A stretch of DNA of 63,552 nucleotides, filler included. It is 7 parts of 7 records of this genome, joined end to end, with 100 filler letters (N's around TTAATTAATTAA, not from the genome) between each part and the next. Parts side by side here need not be neighbours in the genome. Positions count along the whole stretch, not along the records: positions 58,281 to 63,552 come from DRR723986_16534; 6 more parts are not named here. One strand, 5' to 3'. The notes below the pieces were generated by a model. It worked only from the letters and a program-made list of their open reading frames with translations. It was not told where the DNA came from and searched no databases. Positions within the stretch are counted from its first letter, which is position 1; each line of letters opens with the position of its first letter. Both the position numbers and the translations under genes were made by a program. Positions 59,758-63,552 of this stretch are shown here, piece after piece.

Positions 59758-60204
59758 TCAGCGTGGCCGGTTGATCGCTGCCGTGCCCAGGAAGGCATCA
59801 GGCAGACTCTGGTGGCGTTCGCCAAGCACGATCATGCCGATAGACAGGACCTGCGGCAGGAAAAAGCTCGCGCAGACCAGATAGGCGCCGGTGTGCATCA
59901 TCGCCTCTGTCCCGCTCAGACGTTCACCGCTTGCATTGCGCAGCTCGATATTCATCAGCCGCATCCCGAGCGTGGCAGAGCCCGAGCCGATGCTGATGCT
60001 GCGGTAGAGGAAGCTGGTGGCAATCCAGAACAGCGGCCACAGGAACCAGGCCAGCGACAGGGTCAGCAGGCCAAGCACGATCATGGCGATGAAGATCAGG
60101 CCCACATCCACAACCCATGCAAACAGGCGCTTGGCGGGGATACCGTCATAGAAGATGGCTTGGTGGTCGGGGTCGGGCAGGGATGATGTCATGGAATAGG
60201 TCAT
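59758..60204 (-). CDS. RDD family protein
   Basis: KRLFAWVVD, ATLGMRL, LPD. Confidence 0.88.
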   Translation of the reverse strand: MTYSMTSSLPDPDHQAIFYDGIPAKRLFAWVVDVGLIFIAMIVLGLLTLSLAWFLWPLFWIATSFLYRSISIGSGSATLGMRLMNIELRNASGERLSGTEAMMHTGAYLVCASFFLPQVLSIGMIVLGERHQSLPDAFLGTAAINRPR

Positions 60205-60224
60205 GGCGCGTTTCTTGAGGTTTG

Positions 60225-60260
60225 AAAAGAGCCGACCGCGCGGGGACAGGCGCGGTCGGC
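60225..60260 (-). terminator. Intrinsic terminator after the DUF2852 gene
   Basis: GCCGACCGCGC-N8-GCGCGGTCGGC stem with TCTTTT on the minus strand. Confidence 0.65.
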
Positions 60261-60285
60261 GGGGGCAGAGGCCCGTTTCAGGGCA

Positions 60286-60714
60286 TCAGGCCTCTACGGT
60301 TTCTGCATCCGTGGCGTCTTCGCGGGCCCGGCGGGAGCGATCGGCCATGAACTGGTCGAACTCTGCCTTGTCCTTGGCTTCGCGCAGGCGGTTGAGGAAG
60401 CTTTCGAAGGCATCCTGTTCATCTTCGAGGCGGCGCAGGGTGTCCGCCTTGTAGGCGTCGAATGCGCTGTTGCCAGAGGTGCGGATGGACGCCCCATGCG
60501 AACGGGCGCGGCTGCGGCAGCCGGATTTGAACATGCGTTTGCTCCAGATCATATAGAAGAGAAGGGCGAGGCCAACGGGCCAGAAGAAGATGAAACCAAG
60601 GACCATTGCGGCGATCCAGGCGCCTTTGCCCTTGTCATCAAGCCAGTCCTCGGCACGCGAAAACCAGCCTTTGGCGGTGTCGGCCACATCGGTGTTGGTG
60701 GCGGTTGCGGTCAT
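60286..60714 (-). CDS. DUF2852 domain protein
   Basis: WIAAMVLGFIFFWPVGLA, SGNSAFDAYK..TLRRLE.EQ..F..RLR.AKDKAEFDQFM. Confidence 0.92.
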   Translation of the reverse strand: MTATATNTDVADTAKGWFSRAEDWLDDKGKGAWIAAMVLGFIFFWPVGLALLFYMIWSKRMFKSGCRSRARSHGASIRTSGNSAFDAYKADTLRRLEDEQDAFESFLNRLREAKDKAEFDQFMADRSRRAREDATDAETVEA

Positions 60715-60734
60715 TGTGTCCTCCGTTTCGGGTT

Positions 60735-60812
60735 ATGTAAATCCTCTTTACATTAGCCAAGATGGGGAGGGCGCCGGGGACCGTCAAGGGGTGATGTGAA
60801 AAGTTTTTACAT
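60735..60812 (-). promoter_or_regulatory. RpoH-like promoter flanked by two palindromic operators
   Basis: Minus strand CTTGACG...CCCCATCT; ATGTAAA-N5-TTTACAT (60735-60753) and ATGTGAA-N5-TTTACAT (60794-60812). Confidence 0.6.
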
Positions 60813-60868
60813 TACGGGATCGGAAACGCCTTGGATGCCATCCGGCCGCCGATCGAAAGGGATACGCG

Positions 60869-61798
60869 TCAGTCGAAGCCCGGCGTTCCCCGGTCTTCGG
60901 GGTGGCGCTGCAAATGACTTGCCTTGATCCCTTCAGAGGTCTGGCGGCTGCCATCATGGCTCCATCCCGGGGGCGCGACGGCATACATCAGCCGCTCGCG
61001 CAGCGTGAGGCCGCGCTGTGTCATGTCCTTGAAGATGCCAACCCATTCATGAAAGGCCACGCGCAGCGGGTTGAAGGTGCCGAGATTGTGGACGAGGCCG
61101 TAGTCGACGCGGTCCTCATCCAGCTCTGGCACGAAGGTGCCGAAGAGCTTGTCCCAGACGATGAACACGCCCGCATAGTTGCAATCCAGATAGCGCGCAT
61201 TGCGGCCATGGTGGGCGCGGTGGTGCGAGGGTGTGTTCATGATGGCCTCGACCCACCGGGGCAGTTTGCCGATCGCCTCGGTATGGATCCAAAACTGGTA
61301 GATCAGGTTCAGCCCGCCGACGAACAGCACCATGGCGGGGTGAAAGCCCAGTAAAATCAACGGCGCGCGGACAACCATCATGAAGGTGAAGGTATAGGTC
61401 CATGTCTGGCGCAGCGCCGTGGTCAGGTTGTAATGCTGGCTGGAATGGTGGTTCACATGGCTGGCCCAGACCCACCTGATCCGGTGGCCAAAGCGGTGAA
61501 CCCAGTAATAGCGCAGATCATCCAGCACGAAGCACAGCGCCACGACCCACCATGACGACCCGAGGTCCAGCGGCGTGACGTCCCACAACACCATGAAAAA
61601 TCCCCATGCAATGAAGCCAAGCGCGATACCGCTGGCGACGTTGCCCGCACCCATGATGAGCGAGGTGACCGCGTCGCGGGTTTCATAGCGCCCGCCCTTG
61701 CCTTTGAGGGTGATCCACAAAAGCTCCACCAGTATGGCGGCGATGAAGAAGGGGACAGCGTATTGCACGACGTCGGGAAAGGTGAGGTCACCGGTCAT
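60869..61798 (-). CDS. Sterol desaturase / fatty acid hydroxylase family protein
   Basis: His boxes HRFGH, HVNHH, WIH, HRAHH; NYAG..WDKLFGT. Confidence 0.93.
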   Translation of the reverse strand: MTGDLTFPDVVQYAVPFFIAAILVELLWITLKGKGGRYETRDAVTSLIMGAGNVASGIALGFIAWGFFMVLWDVTPLDLGSSWWVVALCFVLDDLRYYWVHRFGHRIRWVWASHVNHHSSQHYNLTTALRQTWTYTFTFMMVVRAPLILLGFHPAMVLFVGGLNLIYQFWIHTEAIGKLPRWVEAIMNTPSHHRAHHGRNARYLDCNYAGVFIVWDKLFGTFVPELDEDRVDYGLVHNLGTFNPLRVAFHEWVGIFKDMTQRGLTLRERLMYAVAPPGWSHDGSRQTSEGIKASHLQRHPEDRGTPGFD

Positions 61799-62187
61799 GG
61801 GGTCTCCGACAGAATCTGTTGCCAATGGGCGCGGGCGGCGGGGTCGAGCGCCACATCAAGGCGCGGCGCGGCGAAATCGTGAAACAGGATGCGCAGGCCC
61901 CCGGGGGTTTCGCGGATCTCGGCCCCGTCCAACCGGTGGGCGGTGCTGTCTGCGCCCATGGAAAAGACGATGCCGGGGCCATGGTCGGTTTCGATCAGGG
62001 CGGCGGCACCATCGGGGGCAATGTGGATCGCGGTCAGGGCGTCCTCTGGCCATCCGCGCAGCCAGGCGGCCCGCACCTCCTCCTCGGAGGTCAGGCGCAA
62101 GGGCCGGGACAGGCCCAGAAGATGGGTCAGAACCGCGATAAGGCCGATGCCGCCCACCACGAGAATGATCAAGATATGAAGGGGCAT
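61795..62187 (-). CDS. Hypothetical membrane-anchored protein
   Basis: N-terminal TM helix; stop overlaps the desaturase start (ATGA). Confidence 0.7.
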   Translation of the reverse strand: MPLHILIILVVGGIGLIAVLTHLLGLSRPLRLTSEEEVRAAWLRGWPEDALTAIHIAPDGAAALIETDHGPGIVFSMGADSTAHRLDGAEIRETPGGLRILFHDFAAPRLDVALDPAARAHWQQILSETP

Positions 62188-62277
62188 GGCCCGTGTCCTC
62201 CCGGGTTGCATTCAACCGGGCGGGGGCGGGGGCTGTCAAACGTGGCGTTGCGTCAAGAACCGCGTCCCGTCGGGTCG

Positions 62278-63276
62278 TTATCCGCCCGAGGACAGGAAGG
62301 CGCGAATTTCGGCGATGGTTGCCGCTGGCGCGTCGTCAACGCTGTCATGGCCTGCGCCGGGGATGACGACCAGCCGTGCGTCGGCGTAGAGCGGCAGGTG
62401 TCCGCGCTGGTGATCTTCGCCGATCCATGTGGAACATCCGCCCGCCATCAGCAGGACAGGCCCCGCAAAGCGGTGTGCTTCACCGCCGAGCGCATTGAAC
62501 CCGGCGGGACCGGCGCGGTCGGAAACCGCTTGCCCGGCCGTGCCGCCCGCCCGCCAGCCGGGGCTGTCATAGACGTCGCCGGGGCAGGCATAGCCGGTCA
62601 TCGGATCGGAGGCGAAATAGCTCATCATCCGGCCAATCAGGTAATCTTGCGCGGCGGCGGCATCCGGCCCGTCCACATGAGCCGATTCAAATCCGGTGCG
62701 CAGCCCGCGCCAGAGCATCAGCGGTTGCTGGATGATCTCTTGCGACCGTGCTCCCCAGGCGTCGGCCTCGGCTGCGGACAGGAAACCCGGTTCAATCAGA
62801 ACCGCCGCAGCCACCCGGTCGGGATGTTCCCCCAGAAAGGCGCTGGCCAGCATCGCGCCCCAGCTGTGGCCAATGAGGACCGCGGGGGCGTTGGGGCTGA
62901 CGAGGGTCAGGACACCTGCCAGTTCCTCCATATGGGTCTCAAGCGTCAGCGCCTCGGCGGGCACCCGTTCCGACAGGCCCGCGCCGCGCTGGTCGTAGAA
63001 TGTCACGTGATAGCTGTCGGCCAGATCGGCAAGCGGCAAGAGCGACCGGTAATCCGCCCCCGGTCCGCCATGCAGCACGACAATCGCGGGATTGTTGGGG
63101 TCGCCGAAGCTTTCGGAATGGAGCGTGACGCCGCCCACCTCGATCCGGGGCAGGGCGGGGTCATCGGTTACGGTGGCGGGAACGGGGTAATCCCCCATGG
63201 TCCCGACATAAAGCGCCCCCACTGAAAGCAGCAGGAACGCCAGAAGCGTGGCAAGTCCTGTCAGAACCCGCCGCAT
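62278..63276 (-). CDS. Alpha/beta hydrolase, proline-iminopeptidase-like
   Basis: N-terminal TM/signal, HGGPG, YDQRGAG, GHSWG, GAGH. Confidence 0.88.
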   Translation of the reverse strand: MRRVLTGLATLLAFLLLSVGALYVGTMGDYPVPATVTDDPALPRIEVGGVTLHSESFGDPNNPAIVVLHGGPGADYRSLLPLADLADSYHVTFYDQRGAGLSERVPAEALTLETHMEELAGVLTLVSPNAPAVLIGHSWGAMLASAFLGEHPDRVAAAVLIEPGFLSAAEADAWGARSQEIIQQPLMLWRGLRTGFESAHVDGPDAAAAQDYLIGRMMSYFASDPMTGYACPGDVYDSPGWRAGGTAGQAVSDRAGPAGFNALGGEAHRFAGPVLLMAGGCSTWIGEDHQRGHLPLYADARLVVIPGAGHDSVDDAPAATIAEIRAFLSSGG

Positions 63277-63279
63277 CGG

Positions 63280-63552
<273 letters not shown>

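Overview
This window is not one locus. It is seven separate contig fragments joined by an artificial 100-nt spacer (44 N + TTAATTAATTAA + 44 N) at 14861-14960, 20868-20967, 27289-27388, 37765-37864, 47551-47650 and 58181-58280. (1) 1-14860 is GC-rich Rhizobiales-type DNA (Roseibium/Labrenzia-like by gene order; inference): etfB start, an inserted ECF sigma/anti-sigma/Gly-Ser-rich protein/lipoprotein module, rhomboid, PduO-type adenosyltransferase, SDR, Ubi hydroxylase, tesB, CobW GTPase, DD-carboxypeptidase and a urease operon with a sigma54-type promoter. (2) 14961-20867 is Rhodobacteraceae-type recQ-yaaA...pyk. (3) 20968-27288 is tolB-pal-cpoB-tilS-ftsH-MOSC-fhs. (4) 27389-37764 is a lower-GC proteobacterial fragment with Lrp/methionine gamma-lyase, an atypical BCCT transporter and a rearranged Pseudomonas-like class II PHA cluster. 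(5) 37865-47550 is AT-rich Bacteroidota DNA: cytochrome oxidase assembly genes, DUF6089 pair, rsmA, serS and L27 with a C-terminal extension. (6) 47651-58180 is pdhBC-lpdA-lipA-COQ10, three tandem paralogues of an unrecognised secreted family, cinA-ispDF-dusB. (7) 58281-63552 is TRAP dctM, arginyltransferase, RDD, DUF2852, sterol desaturase, hydrolase and eno. Most genes are housekeeping. Best candidates for undescribed biology: the ECF module whose anti-sigma sensor domain is homologous to a divergently encoded lipoprotein; the three-paralogue secreted-protein array; the PHA cluster with a duplicated operator plus mini-phasin and a candidate 3'-UTR sRNA; and the L27-Rho_N-like fusion. All calls come from reading motifs by eye; no database search was run.
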